Shown in pieces: positions 54,757-64,000 of a stretch of DNA of 64,000 bases. The translations under genes and the position numbers were made by a program. Origin of the DNA: a bacterium (lineage in GTDB: Bacteria > SAR324 > JACQKK01); contig OZ252237.1 in the NCBI GenBank assembly GCA_965249525.1, positions 1,156,443 through 1,220,442 of the forward strand, written 5' to 3'. Numbering within the stretch: position 1 is the first letter of the stretch; the number at the start of each line of letters is the position of its first letter. The notes below the pieces were generated by a model. That model was given only the letters and a program-made list of their open reading frames with translations. It did no database searches and was not told the DNA's origin.

Positions 54757-56258
54757 GGCTGGCGTTGGGATGGGGTGTGGGTTGCGGAGGGTTTGGGCTG
54801 AGCGAAGACCAGTTCCAAGGGAGAGTCCTTAGCCGCAGCCCATTCCATAGGGGGCATTTGCTGAGGCAGCAGCCAGGCATGATTGGGGGACAGCGAAACA
54901 GCTGGTTGGTTGGCATGCTGCATGCTGCCTTGACCGTGTGCCACAAAAAGCAGCTGGTAACACCCCGCATGAGGAAATTGGGCGCGCTGACCTGGTTCAA
55001 ACAGGCAGCAGTGGGCAGTGAATTGAGGAAAATCGGCAAGCGACTGGCATTGGACACCGTTCACCCGAAACCTGGATTTTGCAGCTGGAGAGATTAGCTG
55101 CATGTTGGCTAATTGCAGGGCAGCTTGGGTATCCCAGTGGGGTTGGGTGAGTACTTTTTGTGAAGACATGGCAATCAAACGCTCATAGGTGGGGGTTTGG
55201 AATTCCAGTACACGGATGCCAGCCCGCAGGGAGTGCAAGGTGGTGGGAGGCAGGGTGACCACATCACCACGCTGAAGCGGAAGGGCTGCCAGCAGACTTT
55301 CAACAGCTTTGCGTCGGTGATGTTCTTCTTCCAGCCATTCAACAGGCAGACAGGCTTGGGCATGCTGGCGGGCGGGTAAATCTGCCTGGGCGATGCCGCC
55401 AACATCGGCAAGGACTTGATCCAACTGTGTATCAATGGTGCGCCGAATACCCTGATAGGCTTGAATGCGATGCTGCAGCTGTTGACGCAGGGCATCGGCA
55501 TCTAATTGCTGCAAAGCCTCCGCCAAAGGACCACACAGCAGCTCACCCCTATTATCAGGCCAGACCGCAGAGTCCACTTCCAGCACCAGATACACTTCCC
55601 ATTTTTCCCGATGCACCTCTAAGTACAAATTGCCCCAACCTTCGACAGCATGGGGTTCCAACACCTTCAAGAGTATGGGAGGCTGTCCCGCAAAGCTGCC
55701 CAGTATGGCTTGGGGCAGCAAATCCAAGGCATGCTGCAGCCAGGGCGCCTGGGCTGTCTCACCCACCCGCGCACTCCCGCGCCGCTCGCTGCCTGTGAAC
55801 CACCTCTCACACCCCCACAGCTTGTCCACCTCACAGGGAGACAAAGGCATCGGGCACAGAGGGGCAATCACTTCGGTTTGCGCGGACTCTGCTGCTGCAT
55901 CCAAGGCACTCTTTGGTGATTCATGCAACCAGGTTTGCAGCTGTTCCCTGCTCCAAGTCCCATCAAGCGCACAGCTGGCACGCAGCTGCCAATTATCGCC
56001 TGCACGGCAGGCTTCCAGCAGTTCTTGCAGCGGCTGTCGCAGGCTGCCTGTCCGCCCATCATCCAACCAAGGCGCAGGCGCATGCCGCTGCCGCAGGCAC
56101 AGTACCAACTGAACCCCCTCCAAAGACACATCTCCCGCAGCCAGCCACGACTCCCAGGCAGCTTCCAAAGAAGCCCCCTCCCACCCTTGCCACTCTGTTA
56201 GCAGCAGCCCCCGCCCCGCAGCTTTTGCACTCACCCTTTTGCCGTTAGCATCTTGCAT
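54753..56258 (-). CDS. Hypothetical protein with a divergent type I phosphomannose isomerase-like cupin region
   Basis: 501 aa, ATGA overlap with ldcA. ILLKVLEP...LEVHREKWEVYLVLE and LQRGDVVTLPPTTLHSLRAGIRVLEFQTPTYERL resemble PMI class I motifs. The assignment is weak. Confidence 0.45.
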   Translation of the reverse strand: MQDANGKRVSAKAAGRGLLLTEWQGWEGASLEAAWESWLAAGDVSLEGVQLVLCLRQRHAPAPWLDDGRTGSLRQPLQELLEACRAGDNWQLRASCALDGTWSREQLQTWLHESPKSALDAAAESAQTEVIAPLCPMPLSPCEVDKLWGCERWFTGSERRGSARVGETAQAPWLQHALDLLPQAILGSFAGQPPILLKVLEPHAVEGWGNLYLEVHREKWEVYLVLEVDSAVWPDNRGELLCGPLAEALQQLDADALRQQLQHRIQAYQGIRRTIDTQLDQVLADVGGIAQADLPARQHAQACLPVEWLEEEHHRRKAVESLLAALPLQRGDVVTLPPTTLHSLRAGIRVLEFQTPTYERLIAMSSQKVLTQPHWDTQAALQLANMQLISPAAKSRFRVNGVQCQSLADFPQFTAHCCLFEPGQRAQFPHAGCYQLLFVAHGQGSMQHANQPAVSLSPNHAWLLPQQMPPMEWAAAKDSPLELVFAQPKPSATHTPSQRQP

Positions 56259-56430
56259 GGAGCTTTACGATGCCTTTCTTGAAACGAATAGACCTACCAG
56301 TACCACCAGGCAAAACGACAACAACTGTCTTCTGCTAAACTTAGTATGCCATTTCATGCCCATAACGGGCAACAGGGCACAAGAGGCCTGCAGCCTGCGT
56401 GCTTTGCATCATAAACTACCCATGCTCTTC

Positions 56431-56491
56431 ATGCGAAAAAACCATCATGCAAAAAACTACCATGCAAAAAACCATCGTCCAAAAAACCAGG
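56431..56491. repeat. 15-bp tandem repeat x~4 (ATGCAAAAAACYAYC) spanning the speA start
   Basis: Direct reading. Encodes MQKTT MQKTI VQKTR. Confidence 0.8.
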
Positions 56492-58486
56492 CAGCAGACC
56501 CCTTGGAGTATTCAAGACGCCCTGGAACTGTACCAGATAGCAGGCTGGGGAGGGGGGTATTTTGGCATCAGCCCTCAGGGCTGTATGACGGTGCGCCCCC
56601 GAGGGGTGGATGGTCCAGAAATAGAACTGCCAGCTTTGTTGAAAGCAGCCCCGCAGCTTTCCCCACCTTTTTTGGTGAGATTTTTAGACATTTTGCAGCA
56701 TCGCACCCACACCCTGCATCAACAGTTTGAAAAGGCCATGCAGTCCAGCAGCTGGCAGGGCGGGTGGAAGGTCTTGTATCCCTTGAAGGTCAATCAGCAG
56801 CATTCTGTGGTGAAGACCTTGCTGCAGGCAGGTACACAGTGGCAGATGGGGCTTGAGGCTGGTTCACGACCAGAGTTGCTGGCTGCCATGGCTATGCTGC
56901 TGCAGCAAGCATCAGGGAAGCTGCTGGTGTGCAACGGATACAAAGATACGGGGATGTTTCGCCTGCTGCTGGAAGCCCAGCGGCTGGGGTTGGAATGCTT
57001 TATGGTGGCAGACCATCTGGATGAATTGACAGCAACGCTCAAACTGGCTAAGGCAGAAGGTTTGGTGATTCGGCTGGGGATACGGGTGCGCTTGGCGACT
57101 TCAGGCGGAGGGCGCTGGGAGGATTCCAGCGGAGACGCCTCCAAGTTTGGCTTGGGGGTGGTGGAATTGATGGAAGCCGTACGCGTCTTGCAACAAGCGG
57201 ATGCTTTGGGATGGCTGCGTATGCTGCATATCCATTTGGGCAGCCAGCTGCCGCGTTTGGACAGTCTGCGACAAGCCTTGCAGGAGGCAGGACGCTTGTA
57301 TGTGGAACTGCGCCGTCTGGGATGCCAGGTGGACTGCCTGAATGTGGGGGGAGGCTTGGGAGTGAACTACAACCCCGCTGGCAGTGAAACCAGCTTTGGC
57401 ATTGGGTACACCGAACTGGAATACGCACAATGTGTTACAGAGACCCTGGCAGAGATTTGCCGTCAGGCGCACCAACCCCATCCACTGCTGCTGAATGAGC
57501 CCGGCCGCGCCCTGACTGCCCACCATGCCATGCTGGTGATGCCCGTGCTGCGAGCAACTTCCCGCAGCGCACACCCCCCGCTGCCACCGCCCGCCAAAGA
57601 CAGCTCTTCCTCCTCAACCGCTGAGGCCTTGACAGAACGCCTGCATGGCGCTCTCGCCGCAACCCATCCAGACAACCTGCACAGCCAGTGGCGCACAGCA
57701 CTGCAAATCCGTGCCGAAGCCCAGCAGCATTTCTCCCTAGGGATGCTCTCATTAAGTGAGAGCGCACAACTGGAACAGGGCTGTTGGCAGCTGGCACACC
57801 ACATCCAAGACTTGGCAGTCCAGACAACCACAGCTTTCCAAGGGACTCCTCTCAAAGACCTGCAGGCTTGGCTGAACCAGCATTACTTCTGCGGATTTTC
57901 TGTGTTCCAATCGCTGCCAGATGCCTGGGGACTGGGGCAGGAATTCCCCCTAGCCCCTCTGCAGCGCCTGCATCAGCGCCCCTCCTGCGCTGCTGTGCTG
58001 CAAGACATCACTTGTGATTCCGATGGACTGCTGCGTCAATATGTGGGACCCCAGGGGCTGCAGCCCTGCCTCCCTCTTCATTCCCTAAAACCCCATGAAC
58101 CCTACTGGCTGGGGGTGTTCCTGCTGGGGGCTTATCAGGAAACCCTAGGAGAACAACACAACCTCCTAGGTCCCACCCAGGTACTCCAGGTTCAACTAGA
58201 TAAAAACAACCGCTGGCAGCAGCAAGTCACATCCTCCAACACAGATGCCTCCAGCATGCTCCAAGGCGTTGGCTACTCCCCCCAGCAGCTGCTGCAAGTG
58301 CTGACGGCCGCTGCCACTAAATCCCTCCAACAAGGACACCTCACCCCAGCGCAGGCAGCCCGTCTGCGAAGCTATTACACCCAAAACCTCAAAGCCAGTC
58401 CCTATCCCCAAAGTCCCTCTCCCCAAAGTCCCTCTCCCCAAAGTCCCCCTCCCCAAACCCCCCCTCCCCAAACCCCCCAGCCATAA
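56447..58486 (+). CDS. speA: Biosynthetic arginine decarboxylase
   Basis: WSIQDALELYQIAGWGGGYFGISPQG..., a PLP-fold type III body. Pro/Gln/Ser repeat tail. Confidence 0.9.
   Translation: MQKTTMQKTIVQKTRQQTPWSIQDALELYQIAGWGGGYFGISPQGCMTVRPRGVDGPEIELPALLKAAPQLSPPFLVRFLDILQHRTHTLHQQFEKAMQSSSWQGGWKVLYPLKVNQQHSVVKTLLQAGTQWQMGLEAGSRPELLAAMAMLLQQASGKLLVCNGYKDTGMFRLLLEAQRLGLECFMVADHLDELTATLKLAKAEGLVIRLGIRVRLATSGGGRWEDSSGDASKFGLGVVELMEAVRVLQQADALGWLRMLHIHLGSQLPRLDSLRQALQEAGRLYVELRRLGCQVDCLNVGGGLGVNYNPAGSETSFGIGYTELEYAQCVTETLAEICRQAHQPHPLLLNEPGRALTAHHAMLVMPVLRATSRSAHPPLPPPAKDSSSSSTAEALTERLHGALAATHPDNLHSQWRTALQIRAEAQQHFSLGMLSLSESAQLEQGCWQLAHHIQDLAVQTTTAFQGTPLKDLQAWLNQHYFCGFSVFQSLPDAWGLGQEFPLAPLQRLHQRPSCAAVLQDITCDSDGLLRQYVGPQGLQPCLPLHSLKPHEPYWLGVFLLGAYQETLGEQHNLLGPTQVLQVQLDKNNRWQQQVTSSNTDASSMLQGVGYSPQQLLQVLTAAATKSLQQGHLTPAQAARLRSYYTQNLKASPYPQSPSPQSPSPQSPPPQTPPPQTPQP
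58406..58480. repeat. 15-bp tandem repeat x5 (CCCCAAAGTCCCTCT) at the speA 3' end
   Basis: Direct reading. In frame (PQSPS)n. Confidence 0.9.
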
Positions 58487-61240
58487 CTACGCCCCAGGTG
58501 ACAGTAATTGACGCAGCACAGTTTGCAAAATGCCCCCATTGCGATAGTAATTGACCTCCACCGGGGTATCCAGTCTCATTTTGACTTGAAAGCGCATCTC
58601 CGTCCCATCAGGTTTGGCTGCCAGCACTTCCAAATGTCCCCCAGCAATGCTGCGGTCTCCCTTAAAGGAGTAGATCTCCTCACCCGTTAGTCCTAGTGAG
58701 GCCGCATTGTGATGCTGCATAAACTCTAAGGGCAGCACCCCCATGCCCAACAGGTTGCTGCGGTGGATGCGCTCAAAGCCTTCTACCAGAACCACCCGCA
58801 AACCCAGCAGCCGCGAGCCCTTGGCTGCCCAGTCTCGTGAACTGCCCGTACCATATTCCTTGCCGCCTATCAGCATCAAGGGCACCCCTTCCTCAGCATA
58901 GCGCCTGGCAGCCTGGTAGATATTCAACTGCTCCCCGCTGGGAAAATGGCGGGTAAAACTGCCTTCTTGGGGGGCAACCAATAGATTCTTCAAACGAATA
59001 TTACCAAAGCTGCCGCGCATCATCACGCGGTGATTGCCACGCCTAGCACCGAATGAGTTAAAGTCGTCTGGTTGTATGTTCAGTTGTTGCAGATATTGTC
59101 CGGCCGCACTGTCTGGCATAATAGTACCTGCAGGCGAGATATGATCGGTGGTGATGGAATCCCCCAAGACAGCCAGCACCCGCAAATTGTTGAGTTGGGG
59201 CAGGGGTGGCACCTCAAGAGAGAAATCTTGAAAAAAGGGCGGCTGCTGGATGTAGCTGGAATGGGCATCCCAGTTGTAGAGCTTGTCCGCAGACACCGGC
59301 ACTTGATTCCAACGCTGATTGCCATCCAACATGGAGGCATAACAGCGCTTAAAACCAGCTGCGGTGACATGCTGCTTGACCAGGGCATCCACCTCTGCTG
59401 GTGCAGGCCAGATATCCCGCAGGAAGACAGATTTGCCTTGGGTATCCTGCCCCAGGGGCTGCTGGGTGAGATCAATATCCACCGTGCCTGCCAAGGCATA
59501 AGCCACCACCAAGGGCGGCGATGCCAAATAATTGGCTTGGGTGTGGGGGTTGACTCTTCCCTCAAAGTTGCGATTGCCACTCAGCACCGATGCCGCCACC
59601 AGCTGGTTGGACTGAACAGCCTGAGAAATCTCTGGCAGCAGCGGTCCACTGTTGCCGATGCAAGTGGTACAGCCATAACCCACGGTGTAAAAGCCCAGAG
59701 CTTCTAGGTCTTTGCTAAAGCCAGCCTGGTTGAGGTAGTCGGTTACCACCCGAGAGCCTGGTGCCAAACTGGTCTTGACAGAGGGGGATACGCGCAGTCC
59801 CCGTTCTCGGGCTTTGCGCGCCAGCAGACCTGCTGTCAGCAGCACGGTGGGATTGGAGGTGTTGGTGCAGCTGGTGATAGCTGCAATGGCTACAGAACCC
59901 TGCTTTATGGTGCATGATTCTCCCTGTACTTGAATTTGCACCTGTTTATTCAGTTCTGTTTCATCCAGCCCAAAGCCCCGCTGACCGATAGGGGTGGTGA
60001 GACTGCGGCGAAATCCTGCCTGCATATCCTGCAAGGGTACGCGGTCTTGGGGGCGTTTGGGACCTGCCAAACAAGCCTCCACTGTGCCCATATCCAAAGA
60101 CAATGACACACTGCATGGGGGTTCTTTGCTGTCGCCGTCAACGAACAGCTGCTGCTGCTTGCAATAGCGTTCCACCAATGCCACCTGTTCTGGCGAGCGT
60201 GCGGTGGTGCGCAAATATTCCAGCGTAACCCCATCCACTGGGAAAAAGCCCACCGTCGCCCCATATTCAGGCGCCATATTAGCCAAAGTAGCCCGATCTG
60301 CCAAACTCAGGCTGGCCATCCCCTCACCATGAAACTCCACAAATTTGCCCACCACTCCCAACTCGCGCAGCATCTGGGTAACATGCAGCACCAAATCCGT
60401 AGCCAGCACACCTGCACACAGCCTGCCCTGCAAATTGACACCCACCACCTCTGGCAGCTGCAAATAGTAGGGCTGACCCAGCATGGCTGCTTCCGCCTCA
60501 ATGCCTCCCACTCCCCAACCCAATACTCCCAGACCATTCACCATGGTGGTGTGTGAATCCATCCCCACCAAGGTATCAGGGAACACCAAGGCACCACCAT
60601 TGGCTCCATGCGCCGCAGCCCTGCTTAAACACACCACCTGAGACAAATATTCCAAATTGACCTGGTGGACAATTCCCATAGAAGGCGGCACCACAGTGAA
60701 ACCATCAAATGCCTGCTGACCCCACTTCAAAAAAGCATAGCGCTCCCGATTGCGCTCAAATTCCCGCTGCTCATTGCTTGCCAAAGCATCCGCCGAACCA
60801 TATGCATCCACCTGCACCGAATGATCCACCACCAATTCTGTGGGAATTAAGGGATTAATCCGCTCCGCATCTCCTCCCATACGCTCCATGGCATTGCGCA
60901 TGGCTGCCAAATCCACCACCGCTGGCACCCCAGTGAAATCCTGCATCAAAACCCGACCCGGCATAAACGGCGCCTCCCGTTCAGGCAGCTGCCCAGGCTT
61001 CCATGACGCTACCGACGCCACATCTTCTTCTGTAACCAATCCCCCCCCCGCATGGCGCAATACCGACTCCAGCATAATACGAATGCTGTACGGCAACTCT
61101 GCTATGCAACACAGTCCCTCTGCTTCCAAAGCCTGCAAGTCAAACCATCCCGCCTCCCCCGCAGAGGTCTGCATGGTACGCCGTGAACCAAACGGATTGC
61201 GCTCGCCACCCCCTTGTACTGTGCCAGCATCTGATTCCAT
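58487..61240 (-). CDS. acnA: Aconitate hydratase A
   Basis: ~917 aa from ATG 61240 (the track GTG start is at 61258). Aconitase/IRP-type sequence throughout (...ITSCTNTSNP..., ...GYGCTTCIGNSG..., ...GSSRDWAAKG...). Confidence 0.95.
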   Translation of the reverse strand: MESDAGTVQGGGERNPFGSRRTMQTSAGEAGWFDLQALEAEGLCCIAELPYSIRIMLESVLRHAGGGLVTEEDVASVASWKPGQLPEREAPFMPGRVLMQDFTGVPAVVDLAAMRNAMERMGGDAERINPLIPTELVVDHSVQVDAYGSADALASNEQREFERNRERYAFLKWGQQAFDGFTVVPPSMGIVHQVNLEYLSQVVCLSRAAAHGANGGALVFPDTLVGMDSHTTMVNGLGVLGWGVGGIEAEAAMLGQPYYLQLPEVVGVNLQGRLCAGVLATDLVLHVTQMLRELGVVGKFVEFHGEGMASLSLADRATLANMAPEYGATVGFFPVDGVTLEYLRTTARSPEQVALVERYCKQQQLFVDGDSKEPPCSVSLSLDMGTVEACLAGPKRPQDRVPLQDMQAGFRRSLTTPIGQRGFGLDETELNKQVQIQVQGESCTIKQGSVAIAAITSCTNTSNPTVLLTAGLLARKARERGLRVSPSVKTSLAPGSRVVTDYLNQAGFSKDLEALGFYTVGYGCTTCIGNSGPLLPEISQAVQSNQLVAASVLSGNRNFEGRVNPHTQANYLASPPLVVAYALAGTVDIDLTQQPLGQDTQGKSVFLRDIWPAPAEVDALVKQHVTAAGFKRCYASMLDGNQRWNQVPVSADKLYNWDAHSSYIQQPPFFQDFSLEVPPLPQLNNLRVLAVLGDSITTDHISPAGTIMPDSAAGQYLQQLNIQPDDFNSFGARRGNHRVMMRGSFGNIRLKNLLVAPQEGSFTRHFPSGEQLNIYQAARRYAEEGVPLMLIGGKEYGTGSSRDWAAKGSRLLGLRVVLVEGFERIHRSNLLGMGVLPLEFMQHHNAASLGLTGEEIYSFKGDRSIAGGHLEVLAAKPDGTEMRFQVKMRLDTPVEVNYYRNGGILQTVLRQLLSPGA

Positions 61241-61375
61241 GGCTATGTTTCTCAGCACCTATGAACTTCCTTATAAAAAACTTCCCGCACTTACCCCAAG
61301 CATACAAACAAATAGCGCAGTCTGGCAACCCCCAGCCTGCCGTGATGCCTGGAACTTGCCCGTACAGCTTTTCTG

Positions 61376-61450
61376 TTTGCCTGGACTTCTTGTCTTGGGA
61401 CTTCTATTTGCCTGGACTTCTTGCCTGGGACTTCTTGCCTGGGACTTCCT
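61376..61450. repeat. 15-bp tandem repeat x5 (CTTGCCTGGGACTTC) straddling the stop codon of the 61404 gene
   Basis: Direct reading. Units lie on both sides of the TAG (61404-61406). Confidence 0.85.
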
Positions 61451-62834
61451 GCAAAGCAGCCAGCGATCGCCAAGCAGCAGGAAACACCGCTGCAGTAATG
61501 CCTGCCAGCCAGGCTGAACCTTGCTGCCTGGCTTTGGGCCTTAGGGCAGCGATGGTGCGGGTGTAGACACCTTCTGCTTGGGCTGCTGCTTCATCCAATG
61601 CCTGTATGAAAGTTGCTGGCGGGGGAGGCAGCTGCTGCTGGACAGCCTGAACCTGGCGCATGAGTGCAGGCCAATGTCGTGCCCAGGCTTCTTGCTGGCT
61701 GCGTGCCTCAGAAGACCTGGCAGCAGTGTCTGCTGACATGGTTGGGATTTTTTGCTCCAGTTTTTTGATAGAAGCAGGCAGACATGCTGCCAAGCGGGTG
61801 CACTCTGTCAAACGATGTTCCAGGTTGCTTTGAACCGCCAGCAGTCCCTGATGATACAGGCTGCTGCGCGCTGGGTTGTTTTTTGCCAAGTGCTTGCGCA
61901 CATACAGATACCAAGCTTCCAGCCCGCACAATTCTGCGATTATGCGCATTTGGCTTTGATAGATATGCTCAACGGCACCATAGACCTGGCTGTCATAGGC
62001 ACGCAGACGCCCAGCAGCTGAAGCAGCCAATGGGGCGGGGAGGTTCAACCCCGCTGACAAATGCCTGCCATAAACTCCCCCTGCTGGTGCCAGTGCGCCA
62101 AAATCAGCCGAAATAGGACCCACCAGGCTGCTGTTGCCACCGATGAAAATGCGTTGGCTGCCAAGAAACACCCCTTGGGTTACATTACCCAAACAGGAAC
62201 CAGTAGCTTTATCGCCCCGAGGGGTATAGTTAAAGTGCACGGTACCGCTGCCGACCTCGCTGAAGCAGCCAGGCTGACTGCTTGTTCCACCGCTGATAAA
62301 CACATCACACCAGTTAATCTGACTGCCCAAGGTAACCCAAGGAAACAGGATGCTCATTTTGGTATCGGTATGCTGGGCACTGCGGGCGTTTTCTTCAAAC
62401 AGTGTCCCGCTGCGGGCGTTAAAGCCCATACCTGTGATACTATGCTCTCCTGCGTCTCCGCCCAAAAATACCGCCCCCTCTGCGCATCCCGCACCCATAA
62501 CACAATGGGGACCCACACAGCTGTCACGCAGCACCACCTGCCCCTGCACCCCCAAACGACAGCCCTCTCCCACCTGGCTGTCCACCAAGGTAACAGCCCC
62601 AGCCTCCCCTATGACAGCAGAGGCCCCCACTTGTGTGCTGCTTCCCTCCATACGAACCCCCGGCATCAAGCAGGCTCCAGGGGCTATGGACTCTAAGCAA
62701 ACATCTTGCGCAATACATACTTGCTGCGGCACAGGTATCTCCACCCCCTGGTCACGCAGCCAGTTGACAGCCGTGCTGTCATAGAAAGCGGTCTTCGCTG
62801 CAATCTTCGCTGCAATCTTCGCTGCAATCTTCAC
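61404..62834 (-). CDS. Left-handed beta-helix (hexapeptide-repeat) protein with a helical C-terminal domain
   Basis: 476 aa, GTG start. Successive [LIV]-G-x-x-x-x turns (VIGEAGAVTLVDSQVGEGCRLGVQGQVVLRDSCVGPHCVMGAG...). Function not assignable. Confidence 0.6.
   Translation of the reverse strand: MKIAAKIAAKIAAKTAFYDSTAVNWLRDQGVEIPVPQQVCIAQDVCLESIAPGACLMPGVRMEGSSTQVGASAVIGEAGAVTLVDSQVGEGCRLGVQGQVVLRDSCVGPHCVMGAGCAEGAVFLGGDAGEHSITGMGFNARSGTLFEENARSAQHTDTKMSILFPWVTLGSQINWCDVFISGGTSSQPGCFSEVGSGTVHFNYTPRGDKATGSCLGNVTQGVFLGSQRIFIGGNSSLVGPISADFGALAPAGGVYGRHLSAGLNLPAPLAASAAGRLRAYDSQVYGAVEHIYQSQMRIIAELCGLEAWYLYVRKHLAKNNPARSSLYHQGLLAVQSNLEHRLTECTRLAACLPASIKKLEQKIPTMSADTAARSSEARSQQEAWARHWPALMRQVQAVQQQLPPPPATFIQALDEAAAQAEGVYTRTIAALRPKARQQGSAWLAGITAAVFPAAWRSLAALQEVPGKKSQARSPGK
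62793..62831. repeat. 12-bp tandem repeat x3 (CTTCGCTGCAAT) at the 5' end of the 61404..62834 gene
   Basis: Direct reading. In frame (KIAA)x3. Confidence 0.9.
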
Positions 62835-62918
62835 TTAAAGAACACCCCAGACCTTCAACAAAAAAAGAACCTCTAGCATACGCATGCCCTGTTCACCTGG
62901 CAGTGTTGTATCACAGCA

Positions 62919-63995
62919 CTAAATAGCTATTTTTGACAAACCAATCCCATCCGTCCCCGGCAGCTGAATGAATCCATCTTGGAACAAACAAGGATCTTTT
63001 GCTAAATCCTCCCGCATCAGCACACCAGAACCCAACCCATGCGCATGAATCGGCAGCTTGGTCTGCTTGCGCATGGCTTCCACCACACAGGCAGCATGCA
63101 CCGCCCCCAAGCGACCCACCACACCATCCAACGCCGTGGTCACCACCACAGGAATTCCAGCCCCTAAGGCCTGCTCCGCCCATGACAATGAACGCAGCAT
63201 CCCCCCCATAAAATGCGGCTTTAATACCAACACATCCATTATCTTTTCTCCAATCACCCGCTTCATCCCTTCATCATCCAAACTGGCATCATCCAATGCC
63301 AACGGTATGGGACTCTGCTCTCGCAGTTCTGGATGCTTTAACCACTCCTCCGTGGCTACTGGCTGCTCTATATACTCCAACCCCCAAGGCATCAGCCGCT
63401 GCAAATAACCAAGCGCATGCGACACCTTCCAAGCACCCCTTGCATCTCCTCGTATAATAGCCGCACTCCCCACAGCCTCACGCAGTCCACGCAACTGCGA
63501 TTCTGCCTGCTTGATGTCAGAACCCAGTTTAACCTTCAAACAACCAAAGCCCTCTTTCAACCGCTCTTGGGCATCCTTGACCAAGTCCGCCACCTCATCA
63601 CGCACCAACACCGCCCCCACGGGCAAACGGGACTCCCCCCCAGGATGCAGCAGCCTCGCCAGCGACACCCCCTCACGGCGCGCACACAAATCCAAGGTTG
63701 CCAACTCTATGGCAAAACGCGCACAAGGTCTGCGCTCTAGGGGTCTCAGCCATTCCTCCCAACGGCTGTCTGCCTTCAATAACCCTTGCTGTGACCGAGA
63801 CAAATCTTGAAACTCCTGCTGCCTGATACATCTCTGCTTGATCTCTAAAGCCAGCTTTGTTTCTTCCAAGGTTTCCACCCCCTGCCCCTTCAAGGGGGCT
63901 GCTTCCCCAAAACCCTGCAAACCCCTCTCATCTTGCAGCACAACCCGCATCCCCTGGCGCAAATGCATTTTCTTCTCCCTAGGTACAATACCCAT
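62919..63995 (-). CDS. Enolase-superfamily enzyme (o-succinylbenzoate synthase / dipeptide epimerase-like)
   Basis: 358 aa. LKVKLG, IRGDARGAW, LEYIEQP, LALDDAS (metal-ligand pattern of the MR/MLE subgroup). Confidence 0.7.
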   Translation of the reverse strand: MGIVPREKKMHLRQGMRVVLQDERGLQGFGEAAPLKGQGVETLEETKLALEIKQRCIRQQEFQDLSRSQQGLLKADSRWEEWLRPLERRPCARFAIELATLDLCARREGVSLARLLHPGGESRLPVGAVLVRDEVADLVKDAQERLKEGFGCLKVKLGSDIKQAESQLRGLREAVGSAAIIRGDARGAWKVSHALGYLQRLMPWGLEYIEQPVATEEWLKHPELREQSPIPLALDDASLDDEGMKRVIGEKIMDVLVLKPHFMGGMLRSLSWAEQALGAGIPVVVTTALDGVVGRLGAVHAACVVEAMRKQTKLPIHAHGLGSGVLMREDLAKDPCLFQDGFIQLPGTDGIGLSKIAI

Positions 63996-64000
63996 GGGGT

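Noticed and set aside
56239-56730. 163-aa + strand ORF overlapping the speA 5' end
   Set aside because: It is in a different frame from the well-supported SpeA N-terminus (WSIQDALELYQIAGWGGGYF) and has a low-complexity basic composition.

Overview
64-kb chromosomal window from a Gram-negative bacterium. Evidence: lipoboxes, an OM beta-barrel, RlpA, LdcA, and an atpF'-F-H-A-G-D operon layout. I cannot assign a taxon from the sequence alone. Most of the window is housekeeping: rsmG, class A PBP, F1Fo ATP synthase, PhoH2, htpX, mgtE, galU, purA, family-4 UDG, gloA, ald, a MATE pump, 5-FTHF cyclo-ligase, two c-type cytochromes, an M16 peptidase pair, mmsA, ldcA, speA and acnA. An edge-truncated flavoprotein oxidoreductase at 1-1204 is missing from the ORF track. 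Three plastic segments stand out. (1) 22.1-27.8 kb holds a head-to-tail array of five diverged GIY-YIG/DUF4357-type nuclease paralogues directly behind mgtE. Every spacer carries a relic of the mgtE 3' end recast as a mini-ORF, plus the same hairpin and SD. This is my best candidate for an undescribed system. (2) 30.9-35.1 kb holds a 1.2-kb ORF-poor, hairpin-rich stretch (candidate large ncRNA), then three paralogous secreted lipoprotein genes (a fourth lies at 8.4-9.1 kb). Two of them are frameshifted just after the lipobox, and all sit among 46-bp repeats. (3) 42.1-47.3 kb is a recent 2.59-kb tandem duplication of an ~830-aa polytopic membrane protein gene. Almost every intergenic spacer, and many gene termini, also carry their own short tandem repeat (9-24 bp units). 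Repeats inside CDSs all have unit lengths divisible by three. No rRNA, tRNA, CRISPR array, transposase or integrase was recognised. All functional calls rest on motif recognition by eye, and no database search was run.
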